Source: the human T2T-CHM13v2.0 reference genome, Homo sapiens. From it: a DNA stretch of 64,000 nucleotides. The translations under genes and the position numbers were made by a program. The stretch lies in the NCBI RefSeq assembly GCF_009914755.1, contig NC_060932.1, one strand, 5' to 3'. Of the stretch, positions 48,706 through 61,812 are shown piece by piece. Position 1 is the first letter of the stretch. Each line of letters begins with the position of its first letter. The notes under the pieces were generated by a model. That model was given only the letters and a program-made list of their open reading frames with translations. It did no database searches and had not been told where the DNA came from.

Positions 48706-51700
48706 AAGATGGCCCACGGGACACAGCCATGTGTAAGAGCTTCCACGCAGAAACGAAGAGGACTGGCACACTCCTAACATCTTCAGAGGGAAGTCACAGA
48801 GTGGGCAGAAGGAAGACACAGAAGCTGGGCTGAAGGGGGAGGAAGCTGGGAACCCTGCATGGGGCTGCCATGCACCAGGACTCATTTCTGGCCCCCACCC
48901 AACTAATCTGGAGAAATGGATGAATTGAACTGGCAAGGAGCAACCCGCTCTCACCAGGAGCCGAGATTCTGAAATCTCGGCGGGAGACCCTTCGACCATG
49001 AGTTGACCTGCTCCACTACGTGACACTGCATGGAGCGATGTGTAGTGTGCGGACTCCGATCTTAGAGGTCAGATGTGGATGCTCAGGGATTCACCGAACT
49101 AGATTCCTGACTGATTGACCAGCGGGTGGACTCTGGGGAACACGATTGAGAAATGCGTACTTTGGGAGTGAAAACTGGCCCCGGGACAGGAGGGAGTGTG
49201 GTGCAAGCTGTCTTCTCCGTGAAATCCACGCTGTGTCCGGCAGCGTGGATTTCATGGACTTCGTTCCAGTGTGACAGATATTGCCACTCTGAGGTCGTGG
49301 GTCTGGAGTCTACTCTGAACTGCTGCTTAGAGAAGTGGTAAGGGCAGCAGCCCAGCTGATACCTAGTCCAGGATTTGGTGCTGGTGCGTCTGTAGCCCAC
49401 CACAGCTAGGAACACCCATTTCCCAAAGCTCAACTTGCTCCCTTAGGAGACTTTAGCCCTAGGGGAACTGTCCAACCTGAATTCTGCAAGGTGGTCTTGC
49501 CCATCAGATAGGGCCATCCAACCTGAGGACTCCTTGGTCTGCTGGCCTCTCCCAGGGGTCCAGCCTGGCTGTGCCTGCTTACAGGGTAGCCTTGGGTGCC
49601 CTAGGGGCCCACACCATAGCTCCTGTGCTGATGGAGCCTGCCTGACTGATGGGGAGCTCCAGCCGGGCAGCCCCCACAGCCGCACACCAGCCTGCCAGCT
49701 CCCTCCCCACACTACAGACTTCCCTGGGCCCACAGCAAGCCCCCACATCGCTTTGCTGGCACTTTTGTGCACAGGCGGGTTTTGCCTTCCTTGCCCCGCC
49801 AGCATGTGTGTGTGCATGCACCCCGCCCTGCCACTGCTGCAGCAGGAGTACACTCTGGCACCCCCACATGGAAGCCATTGCAGTTGGAGCCAGCCCCACC
49901 AGTGCCCCACCCTTGCACCAACACTGCTGCAAGAGTGAAACTAGGCAGAGAGAACAGCCGACCATCCCCCTGCCCTAAGCAACCACCCTTGCCTGCTGTA
50001 CACAAAAAGCATACACAGACCTGCACCTGCCAGCCCCCCACCCCCAAGCTAACACCACACCGCCACCAGCGCAACCGCACCAGCAAGACCCCCCCAGCCC
50101 AACCCCCAAGGCATGCTGCCTCTGCCACTGTGAGTGAACACCAGCATGGAAGAAGGCACCCCAGCATCCACTACTTAGGTCTTAGGAATTGATTTCTTGA
50201 TTTCTTCTTTATTTTATTATTAAGGAGATATTATTAATAAGCACATTATTAAGGTGCTCCAACACAGGAGCTCCCAGGTTCATAAAGCAAGTTCTTAAAG
50301 ACCTTCAAAGACACTTCAAAGACACTTAGATTCAGATAAAACAGACTTTAAGCCAACAATGATCAAAAATGTGAAAGAAGGGCATTATGTAATGACAAGG
50401 GATTCAATCCAATAAAACTTAACAATCCTAAATATATACACACCAAACATTGGAGCACACAGATTCATAAAGCAAGTACTTTTAGACCTACAAAAAGATT
50501 TAGCCACACAATAATAGTGGGAGACTTAAACCACTACACTGACAGCATTAGGTGGATTATTGAGGCAGAAAACTAACAAAGAAATTCAGGACTTAAATTT
50601 GACGCTGGAAAAATTGGACCTAATTGACATCTACAGAATACTCCTCCATCCATCAACCACATTCTTCTCACCTGGACATGGAACAAACTCTAAGATCGAC
50701 CACATGCTTGACCATAAAATAAGTATCAATAAATCCAAGAATATAGAAATCATACCAACCATACTGTCAGTCCACAATGGAATAAAAATAGAAATCAATA
50801 CCAAGAAGATCTTCCAAAACTACACAATTACATGGGAATTAAACAACTTGCTTCTGAATGTCTTCTGGGTAAATAATGAAATTAAGGCAGAAATCAAAAC
50901 ATTCTTTGAAATAGATGAAAATAGAGATACAACATACCAAAATCTCTAGGATGCAACAAAAGCAGTGCTGAGGAAAGTTTATAGTGCTAAATACCTATAT
51001 CAAGAAGTTAGAAAGATCTCAAATTCAGATCTAACATTACACCTAGAGGAACTAGAAAAAAAAAAAAAAACTAACCTGAAAGCTAGAAGAAGAAAAAAAT
51101 TACCAAAATCAGAGCAGACCTAAATGAACTTAAGACCTAAAAACCTATACAAAGGATCAAAAAAACCAAAAGTTGGTTTTTTGAAAGAATAAACAAGAGC
51201 AATAGATCATTAACTAGATTAACAAAGAAAAAGAGAATATCCAAATAAGCACAATCAGAAATGACAAAGGTGACATTTCAATTTATCCCACAGAAATACA
51301 AATATAAAAAATCCTCAGAGACTATTAAACAGTTATAGCCACCTGATCTTTGACAAAGTTGTCAAAAGTAAACAATGGAGAAAGGACTCCCTATTCAATA
51401 AATAGGGAATAGCTGGAATAGCTGGCTAGCCATATGGAGAAGAATGAAACTGAATCCTTACCTTTTAAAATATATAAAAATCAGCTCAAGATGGATTAAA
51501 GATTTAAATGCAAGACCTCAAACTATAATATCTCTAGTAGAAAATACTATTCTGGACATCAACCTTGATAAAGAATTTATGATTAAGTCTTCAAAAGCAA
51601 TTGTAACAGAAACTGACAAGTGGAAACTAAACTAAAGAGCTTCTGCACAGCAAAAGAAACTATCGACAGAGTAAACAGACAACCTACAGAATGGAAGAAA

Positions 51701-51955
51701 ATATTTACAAACTATGCATTCGACAAAGGTCTAATATACAGACTCAATGGGGAACTAAACAATGCAACAAGTAAAAAACGATAACCTCATTAAAGGGTGG
51801 CCAAAGAACATGAACAGACACTTCTCAGTAGATAACAAATGGCCAAGAAACATATGAAAAAGGGTTCAATATCACGAATCAGAGAAATGCAAATAAAAAC
51901 CACAATGAAATACCATCTAACAGGGAGTATGGCCATTATTAAAAAGTCAAAAAAA
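48706..51955 (+). mobile_element. L1PREC2/L1PA15-16-like element: 5'UTR, EN domain, 3' ORF2, with large internal deletions
   Basis: aagatggcc..cttcagagggaag..gaagctgggctgaagggggaggaagctgggaaccctg; ORF 50560-50949 is L1 endonuclease (DLIDIYR..SKIDHML). Confidence 0.85.
49013..49319. other. unassigned CpG-rich ~300-bp insert with inverted repeat, inside the L1 5'UTR
   Basis: splits tgagttg..gctgcttagagaagtgg, contiguous in the recalled L1 consensus; flanked by tga(c/a)ctgct; 15 CpGs; 14-bp perfect IR 49220-49254. Confidence 0.7.
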
Positions 51956-52295
51956 TCAGTCAATGAAAAACACCACATTAGTAGAATGAAGGGTAAAAAC
52001 TCATTATTATCTCAAACAATGCAAAAAATTTTGACGAAATTACTGCCTTTTTATGATTAAAAAAACACTCAATAAGCTAGGAATAGAAGGAAACCACCCC
52101 AACATAATGAAGTCCATAAATGAAAAAGCCAAAACTAACAGCAAACTCAAGGATAAAAGACCAAAAAAGCTTTTCCTCTAAGATCATGAACATGTTACTG
52201 AAGTCCTACCCAGAGCAATTATGCAAGGAAGATAAATAAAAGGCTTCCAAATTGGAAAGGAAGAAATCAGATTATCTCTGTTTGCAAAGGACATT
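51956..52295 (+). mobile_element. L1M ORF2 (RT region) fragment
   Basis: aacactcaataagctaggaatagaaggaaac..gcttttcctctaagatca..attggaaaggaagaa. Confidence 0.8.
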
Positions 52296-52299
52296 ATTA

Positions 52300-52660
52300 T
52301 TTATTGGGGCATATCTGTGAGAGAGAATGGGTAGAGACTGGAAGAATTTGAGAGAGCCATCACCATGGAGCTAGTCTGAACCTAAGAAAGGGAGAGAGGA
52401 AAAAAGTTTGGATGGAAGGATCCTAGACCTCCATGCAATCTAAGGAAGGTTTAGCAAGTACATTTGCCAATGTCACCCATTAGAGAAATCCCCATTGTCT
52501 CCCAGAAATGGGTCTACTGTAGTATTCCTGCCATACTTAGTTATAAGCTAAAAGCAGTTCTGAGAAATATTGGTGGGTTTCAGAATGCAGTAACTGGAGT
52601 GCATCGTCAATTACACTCTCTGTAGTAGGAGGTCCACAAAGTATATTCTCATTGCCACCC
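52300..52660 (-). mobile_element. old MLT1 (H-like) LTR; other part at ~46820-46862
   Basis: ttattgggg..cctgtga-like start, cccattgtctcccagaaatgggtctact. Confidence 0.45.
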
Positions 52661-53798
52661 CAAAAGCCTTACATAATATGCATCCACCACTGTCTTTTGA
52701 TGCCCTAACCTTCTTCCTCTTGAACCCTTTTTTCCAGCCACACTGACCTTGGCAATCCTTGACAACAGTAGGCATATTCCCCTGCAGAGCCTTTGTACAC
52801 ATTACCACACCTAAATTTTCTTCTCCCAGATACCCCATGATTTGTTCATTCACTTCCTCCAGGTCTTTACTCCAATATCACCTTCTCAGTGAAGTCTGCC
52901 CTAGCCACCCCGTCTAAAAGTCCAATACTTCGTTACTCATCCTTACAATGTACACATACATTTTTCTTAGCAATTATCACTAAAAAACATATTATACTCA
53001 CTTATTTATCTTGTTTCTTTTCTATCTCCCCTACTAGACTGTAAGTTTCATGTCAGCAGGAGCTTTGATTTGCTTGGTTATTGTTGTTTATTCAGAAAGT
53101 GGAATACTATATTGAATATATTAACCACTCAATACATACTTGCTGTATTAAAGATTGAACACAGAAGAAAAAAAGGGTTTTAAAATAATACATTTATTGC
53201 TGGTATACAGATGAGTTACTACAAGAAATCCAGAGGGACATTTTGGCAGCATTTTTTTCAGTTAATCCAAGTCTCTATGTACACTTGGAAGGAAGAAACT
53301 TCATGAAAAATCTATAAGTAAATGTTTCTCAAAATCAGAATGGTTTTTCATGACAGAAATCAAGAAGTCTTTCAAAGATAAAAATGACAAAACTAAAAGA
53401 TAATCTTCAAATGGCACCAAAACCAGCCTTCAGTAACTTCTTTGACCAAGAATGGAACAATTTGTGCATCAAAACAGTTAGTAAAAGCAATTAATTTGAA
53501 CATATTGACTTATTTTTAAATAGCCGGTTTTTTGTATAATTATACCAAAAAAGGAAGAAAAGAAAGAGAAAGTCAAATAAGGGCAACATCAAAAACAAAA
53601 ACCTGACCCACGGGAAACCAGTAGGAAAGACCAGGAAACTAACTTTTTACTCTGAAGATTTGTAATTTAAATACAAAGATTCATTGCTTAACCTAATTTT
53701 AGGAAAACCAAATAGTCTGGTGGATGAGAAAATGTCTCTCTTCTCAGAAAACATTGAGCTAATCCGTGAAGAAATGTAATAACTTTTCTAAACCATCA

Positions 53799-54270
<472 letters not shown>

Positions 54271-55079
54271 CTATTATGACACAATAAAAACACAAAGCAT
54301 CACCAATGAAATTGGTCAAGAAAGCAGAAACTGAACTTAAGCAAGCTCTGTGGCTAACTTCTGTGTACGAGAAATATGAGGAATAGAAGAACAAATTAGG
54401 TGGCAGCCCCAGAAAAAAAACAAATTCAAAACATGGCATGTTCTGTACGACAACTGACCCAGTTTCTGAAACAAGTAAGTAGCGTGGAAAAAAAGGTGAG
54501 GAGATAATTGTTCTAGAGTTTTTGCTTAACTTAAGAACACTAAACAACAAAATATAATGTGTAGAGTTCTTCTGGGATTCTGTTTTAGACAAACTAAATA
54601 TAAAAATACTTTTGAAGGCCATTGAAAGCTTCTGGTTGTGATCTGGATACCAAAAGACATAAAAGAGTTGTTAGTAATTTTGCTAAACACGAATAATGTC
54701 ATAGTTAGTTCAGAAAATATCCATATTTTAGATCCACACCTAACTCTGGAAAGGAGAATGACATGACTTATTGAATCATATGGAAAAGGGGAAAATAGAT
54801 AAAGCTAGTGGGGCAAATTGTGAGAATAACTGAATCTGTATAAAGCATGTAAAAAGGTTTATTTTACAGCTCTCTATTTGTGTATGTTTGAAGAATTTTA
54901 TGATAAAAATGTAACTGTTTATTCCAATTAATTCTAATGAATAAGTGTTTACTGTAAGTTACAATTAAATTATCTACTTAACCAACTTATACTCCAAAAT
55001 ATTTATTCGTTTCATTAAAGGAAAAATATAGCATGAAGACATTTAATCTTAAAACAGATACTTGGAAGATATGATATCC

Positions 55080-55700
55080 ATTAATTCAACCTATATTTAT
55101 AGAGCCCTTATGATGAATCAAGCATAGTCCTAGATGCTAATACAGAGGTGAGTCAAATTAAGTCCTCTTCCTCCTAGAATCTATATACTAGGAAGGAGAG
55201 TACTAGTAACAAATAAAAGATAATAGCAATCCCATAGTGATGAATAATCACACACTAATAAGTGCCATGAAGAAGATAAAGCAAGGAAAGATGACAGAGG
55301 GACAAAAGGAATGGAGCTATATGGGAAAGGTGGACAGGGAAGGACTTTCTAAAAAGGTGAGGCTTGAGGTTGAATCTAAATGATAGGTAGGTTAGGTGCA
55401 TGCATGCCTTATGGATCTGGGTGGTAAAGGGGCGTGGAGGTGGGGAAGAGCAAGTATGAAAGCCCTGAGTTGTTTTTAAAAAAAAAAAGCAAGTTATATG
55501 TAATGGACAGTGAAACACAAGCGTGGAAAGAGAAGGGAAGAGGGTAGGAGGAATCAGACAGCCAAGTATAGAACAAATGGTGTAAAGCCTGGTAGAGCCA
55601 TGGTAAGGCATTCTGATTTTATTCTACATATGACAAACCGCTGAAGAACCCAAATTAGGGGATGGTCATGATTAGATTTAATATTTTCAAAAAATATACA
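55080..55700 (-). mobile_element. L2
   Basis: taataagtgccatgaagaagataaagca..agggaaggactttct..aggtgag..catgattagattt. Confidence 0.7.
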
Positions 55701-56109
55701 TTGCTAGATTTAGATTTTATGTATCTGTGTTCATGGCAAGATTAGCTTAAAACTTTCCTCTTATTGCCTTGAATGGTTTTGTTGACAAAGTTTATTAGCA
55801 TCATAAAATGAAGCTGAGAAAATTCCTTCATCTTTTGTTCTCTAGAATATTTTGTATGAGACTAGAGTTATCTGTTCCTTGAAGAATTTATAGACATTGA
55901 CTGTAAATCTGCCTGATCTTGATGTTAATTTCTGCACAGACTTCAGTTTCAATTTATTTTGTAGTTACATATCTCTTCATATTTTCTAGTTCTTTAGTTA
56001 AATTTGGTAAGTTATATTTTCCTAAAAACATACCCCATTTCTGAAGATTTTAAAAATATATTTATATAGCCTTATATTTCTGACCAATATAAAATAAATG
56101 GTTACATGA

Positions 56110-57050
56110 AATGATTGTTAATAAGTAGCAAAATATATGAAACAAAGTTTGTAACACATTGAACATCAGACAACAAAGAGGAGTGACCCCACAGAGATAG
56201 AAAACTAACAATATGAACATTATGACTGACCAGATTATGGCCTTGAGAGAACTTCCAGGATGCAGCACAGGGTGGAAAATCCCATGTGGAGTGTAGGGGA
56301 CTCTCAGAGTTTAGAAGGTAGAGCTGAGTCCAGGGAGACCAAGGTGGCTACAGTTTATGGGCAGAGTACCAGAGAGGAGAGACTAGGAGCACACGAGAGA
56401 GAACTCCAGAGATCTGCAAACTGTCCACTAGCAAAGCATAGATGGGCCTAAATATGTGAGAAAACTACCCCAGGCCAAAGAAAGAATGTCCCAAAATGAA
56501 TAAAGGGAACAGTGTGCAGAGCTCACACAGGGCTGGGAATTGTGCCTGTTACCACCAGCCAGTCAGGAGAGCCTCATAATTCATGGTACATTAGGTAGAG
56601 CATTCAGAAGAGTCTTGCTTTCATAGTGGAAAATGATTAACTCCAGATTAAACACTGCTCTCATCCTACCTAATAAATCTTAAAAGCAAGAACCAAAAGA
56701 ATCAAACAATTTCCATGTAATTTAATAGTCTATCAGAATAAAACTCAAAAACGTTTCTAGAAATGCAAACATATCCAGCAAGAAAGTACAATTCACAAGG
56801 TTTGGTATCCAGTCAAAATTTACTAAGTAAGCAAAGAAGCAGGAAAATACGACCCATAATGAGGAGGAAAATAAATCCATCAAAACCAACCCAGCCTTGG
56901 CACAGGTATTAGAATTGGCAGACAAGAATACAAGAATAGTTATAACTGTATTCTATAAGTCCAAAAAGTTAAAGAATCAACATACTAAACACAGATTCAG
57001 AAGACAAAAAAATTCATATCAATAGTCAAATGCCAATATTTTTCAAAGAT
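56110..57050 (+). mobile_element. L1M (L1MC/MD-like) 5' region
   Basis: aattcacaaggtttggtatccagtcaaaattt..aagaagcaggaaaatacgacccataatgaggag..ttagaattggcagacaag. Confidence 0.6.
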
Positions 57051-57079
57051 CCGTGAAAGTGATAAACCTCTAATCCAAT

Positions 57080-57228
57080 GCTTCTCATTTGGAGGTGATT
57101 TGCCAATGTCTGGAGATATTACTAATTGTTACAACAGAGAGTACTGCTGGTATCTAGTAGGTAGAGGCCAAGAATACTACTAAACATCTTATAACCTACA
57201 GGAAAGCCCCCATGACAAAGAACCATCT
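57080..57228. mobile_element. MER20 fragment
   Basis: caatgtctggagatatt..tactgctggtatctagtaggtagaggccaaga..ctaaacatctta. Confidence 0.75.
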
Positions 57229-57968
57229 AGTATTTGGTTTCCTGTTCCTGCATTAGTTTGCTTAGGATAATGACCTCCAGCTGCTGCAAAGGACATAATT
57301 TGGTTCTTTTCTATGGCTGTATAGTATTCCATGGTGTGTATGTACCACATTTTCATTACCCAGCCTATCATTGATGGGCATCTAGGTTGATTCTTTGTCT
57401 TTGCTATCGTGAATAGTGCTATGATGAGCATATGAGTGCATGCCTCTTTTTGATAGAACAATTTATCTGGTTTCATGTATATACCCAGTACTGGAATTGC
57501 TCCGTCAAATGGTAGTTTTGTTTTAAGTTCTTTGAGAAATCTCCCCACTGCTTTCCACAGTAGCTAAACTAATTTACTTCCCCACCGGTAGTGTATAACT
57601 GTTCCCTTTTCTGTCCATCCTCACCAGTACCTGTTATTTTTTTACTTTTAATAGTAGCCATTTTGACTGATGTGAGATGGTATCTCATTGTGGTTTTGAT
57701 TTGCATTCCTCTGATGATTATGATGTTGGGCATTTTTTCATATGTTCATTGGCAACTTGTATGTCTTCTAGAAGTGTGTGTTCATGTCTTTTGCCCATTT
57801 TTAATGGGGTTATTGGTTTTATGTTTGTTGAATGGTTTAAGTTCCTTATAGATTCTGGATATTAGACCTTTGTCAGATGCACAGTTTGCAAACATTTTCC
57901 CCCATTCTGTAGGTTTTCTGTATACTCTGTTGATAGTTTCTTTTGCTGTGCCAAAGCTTTTTAGTTTA
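57229..57968 (-). mobile_element. older L1PA ORF2 3' region
   Basis: gcattagtttgcttaggataatg..atggctgtatagtattccatggtg..gatattagacctttgtcagatg. Confidence 0.88.
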
Positions 57969-58526
57969 AATAAACATGAATTCAAACTAGATTCCTGTAA
58001 GCATGCTAGTGGTAATCCAGGACAACCACCAAGAAAATAACTCAAATTTCAGGAAAGCTTCATTATAGAAAGTATTTGTTTGAGGGCAACTTGACATGAT
58101 TTCTTATTCAGGAATGGCCCAGAAAGAGTGTCATTGATCTCTCTCTCACTTGGCCATAGCAACCCAGATGGGATCTTTCAATATGGAGGGCAGTTGCCTT
58201 CGTGGTTTTCTACTTGCTCTACCTGCCTTTGGGAAATCTTTTTGGAAACTTGCATTCACAGAGCAAAATATCTGCACAGACTGGACCAGTCATTATCGAG
58301 CCAAATCAGGCCAGAAATGTCTCTCAAGGATCTTCAGAAAGATGTAATGGATGGCCCAGATTATCCAAATTGTGGTAAATGAAAACATTAAAGACATCAA
58401 TGAGTGTTCAAAGAACAGATTCCGTATGGCGTCCAATAGCGTAATTGAAAGGACTTGAAAGATGTGAAGACTGAGAGTAGAGAAGGAAAATTTTGAAGGA
58501 GAAAATAGGTAATTCAAAAGTAATAG

Positions 58527-58856
<330 letters not shown>

Positions 58857-60563
58857 AATATCCCATTTTCAATAGTGGGTCGAAAGCAGGCTGAAGAGCA
58901 ATAAGATGACTAAAAAAAAAACTATAAACTAATCCTACCTAACAGACATCTATAGAACAATGTACTCAAAAAGATAGAACACAAATTCTTCTCGAGTTCA
59001 CATGGATGATTCTCCAGGATAGACTATATGCTAGGTCATAAACCAAGCCTCAATACATTTAGGAAAGTTGAAATCATACAAAGTATGCTTTCTAACCACA
59101 GTGGAATAAAAGAAAAAAACAATACAAAGAAATTTGGGAAATGCACACACATTGAAATTAAACAATATACAATTAAATGACTAATGAACTGAAGAAAATC
59201 ATAAGGGAAATTAGAAAATTTGAGATTAATGAAAATGAAGATACATCATACCAAAACCTATGGGACACAGCTACAGCAGTGCTTAGAGAGAAATTTGTAG
59301 GTATAAATTCCTATATTAAAAAAGAATAAACACCTCATATCAACAACCTAATGTTCTATTTTAAGAAACTTGAAAAATAAGAGGAAGCTAAATTAAAAGC
59401 AGAAGAAAGAAAATAAAAATTCGAGTTGCAATAAATGAGACAGAAAATAGAAAAACAGGGAAAATCAATAAAACAAAAAGTATTTTATTAAAAAGAACAA
59501 CAAAACTGACAATCTTTTAGCTATACTGACCAAGGGAAAAAAAAGAAGACTCAAATTACTAATTCCAGAAATGAAAGAAGAGACATTACTATTGACCTTA
59601 CAGAAATAAAAAGAAATATAAAAGAATATTTTGAACTATGGTATGCCAACAAATTAGATAACCTAAATGAAAGGAGAAATTCCTAGAAAGCCAGAAAGTC
59701 CTGAAATGGACCAAAGAGAAAATCTAAAATCTGAATAGACCTGTAACAAGTATTAATTTTAAAAAATGAATTAGTAAGGACCAGGCCTAAATAGCTTTAC
59801 TGGTAAATTTTACTATATGGTTAAAGAATAGCTAACACCAATGCTTCTCAAACTTCCAAATAATAGAAGAAGAGGTAACACTTCTCAACTTATTCTAAGA
59901 GGTTTGTATCACCTTGAAAGCAAAAGAAATCACAAGAAAACTGCAAACAAATATCACTTATGAATATATTTGCAAAATTTATCCACAAAATACTAGCAAA
60001 CCAAATCCAACAACATATAAAAAGGATTATACCCTTTGATTAAGTGTGATTTATCACAGGACTGCAAGGTTGGTTCAACATATGAAAATTAATCTATATA
60101 ATAATCCATATTAATAAATAAAGCAAAAACCCACATAATCATCCCAATAGACACAGAGTCTGACAAAATCCAACATTTCATAATACAAACACTCAATAAA
60201 CTAAAAACAGAAGGTAACTTCTGCAACCTTATAAAAGACTTCTGTGAAAAAGCCACAGCTAACATTATACTTAATGCTGAAATATTGACAGATCTCTCCT
60301 TAGATGAGGAACATGACAAGGATGTCCAATTTCAGCACTTCTATTCAATATTCTAATGGAGGTAATTAGACAAGAAAAAGAAATAAACAGCCCTTTGATT
60401 GGAAAGGAAGAAGTAAAACTATCTCTATTTCCAGACTGTGTCTTGAAACTCCTAAGTAATTCACAAAAATCTATTAGAACCAATAAATGAATTTATCCGT
60501 TTTCAGGATACAAAATCAACATAAGAAAATGAATTATATTTCTATGCACTAGCAAAGGACAAC

Positions 60564-60905
60564 TGTATTAGTCCGTTCTCATGCTCCTATGAAGAAATAC
60601 CCAAGACTGGGTAATTTATAAAGGAAAGAAGTTTAATTGACTCACAGTTCTGCAGGGCTGGGGAAGGCCTCAAGAAATTTACAATTGCAGCAGGAGCAGG
60701 AAGTGCAGAGCAAAGCAGAGCTTGAGAGGGAAGCCTCTTATAAAACCATCAGATCTCACGAGAATTCACTATCAGGAGAACAGCATGGAGGTAACCACCC
60801 CCATGATCCAATTACCTCCCGCTGGGTCCCTCCCATGACACCTGGGGATTATGGGAACTGCAATTCAAGATGAGATTTAAGTGGGGACACAGCCAAGCCA
60901 TATTA
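60564..60905 (-). mobile_element. THE1 (C/D-like) solo LTR
   Basis: tgtattagtccgttctcatgct..agactgggtaatttataaaggaaagaagtttaattgactcacagttc..ggggacacagcc. Confidence 0.88.
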
Positions 60906-61261
60906 ACAATCAAAAATGAAAACAAGTGCATTTACAATAACATCGAAATAATAAAATAAATAAATTTAACAAAATAAGTGCAAAGCTTATACTAACAATT
61001 ATAAAATGTTGAAAGAAATTAAAGAAGACCTAAATATATGGAAAGATGTCCCATTTTTATGGATCAGAAGTCTCAGTATTATTAAGATGGTAACACTCCC
61101 CAAATTTATCTACAGATTCAATGCAGTTGCTATTAAAATCCCAACTGACATTTTTGCAGACACGGAGAAGCTGATCCTAAAACTCATATAGAAATGCAAG
61201 AGACCCAGACTAGCCAAAACAATCTTTAAAATTAAGAACAAAATTGGAAGACTCACACCTT

Positions 61262-61432
61262 TTTGTTGTTGTTGTTTGTTTGTTTGAGACAGGGTCTCGC
61301 TCTATCACCCAAGCTGGAGTATAGTAGTGTAATCACGGCTCACTGCAACCACAAACTCCTGGGCTCAAGCAGTTCTTCCACCTCAGCTTCTCAAAGTGCT
61401 GAGTTTACAGGTGTGAACCACCATACCCAGCT
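61262..61432 (-). mobile_element. Alu monomer/deleted AluJ
   Basis: gagacagggtctcgctct..ctcctgggctcaagc.. Confidence 0.8.
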
Positions 61433-61459
61433 TACACTTCTTCATTTGAAAATGTATTA

Positions 61460-61789
<330 letters not shown>

Positions 61790-61812
61790 TCATAGTCATA
61801 GTCAATTGACTT

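Noticed and set aside
49013-49319. 7SK pseudogene as identity of the insert
   Set aside because: Only scattered 9-11-mers (agactccagac, atctgtcac, cgctccatg on the minus strand) match recalled 7SK, and not collinearly.
48729-49409. Plus-strand frame across the CpG insert interrupted only by TGA codons (selenoprotein/readthrough idea)
   Set aside because: TGA is the commonest stop in GC-rich DNA, half the frame is L1 UTR, there is no homology, and no convincing SECIS was seen.
49443-50192. Cluster of 109-155-aa ORFs on both strands
   Set aside because: GC-rich L1 5'UTR is naturally poor in stops; no recognisable protein.
50560-50949. 129-aa ORF
   Set aside because: Fragment of L1 ORF2 endonuclease in a deleted, stop-ridden element.
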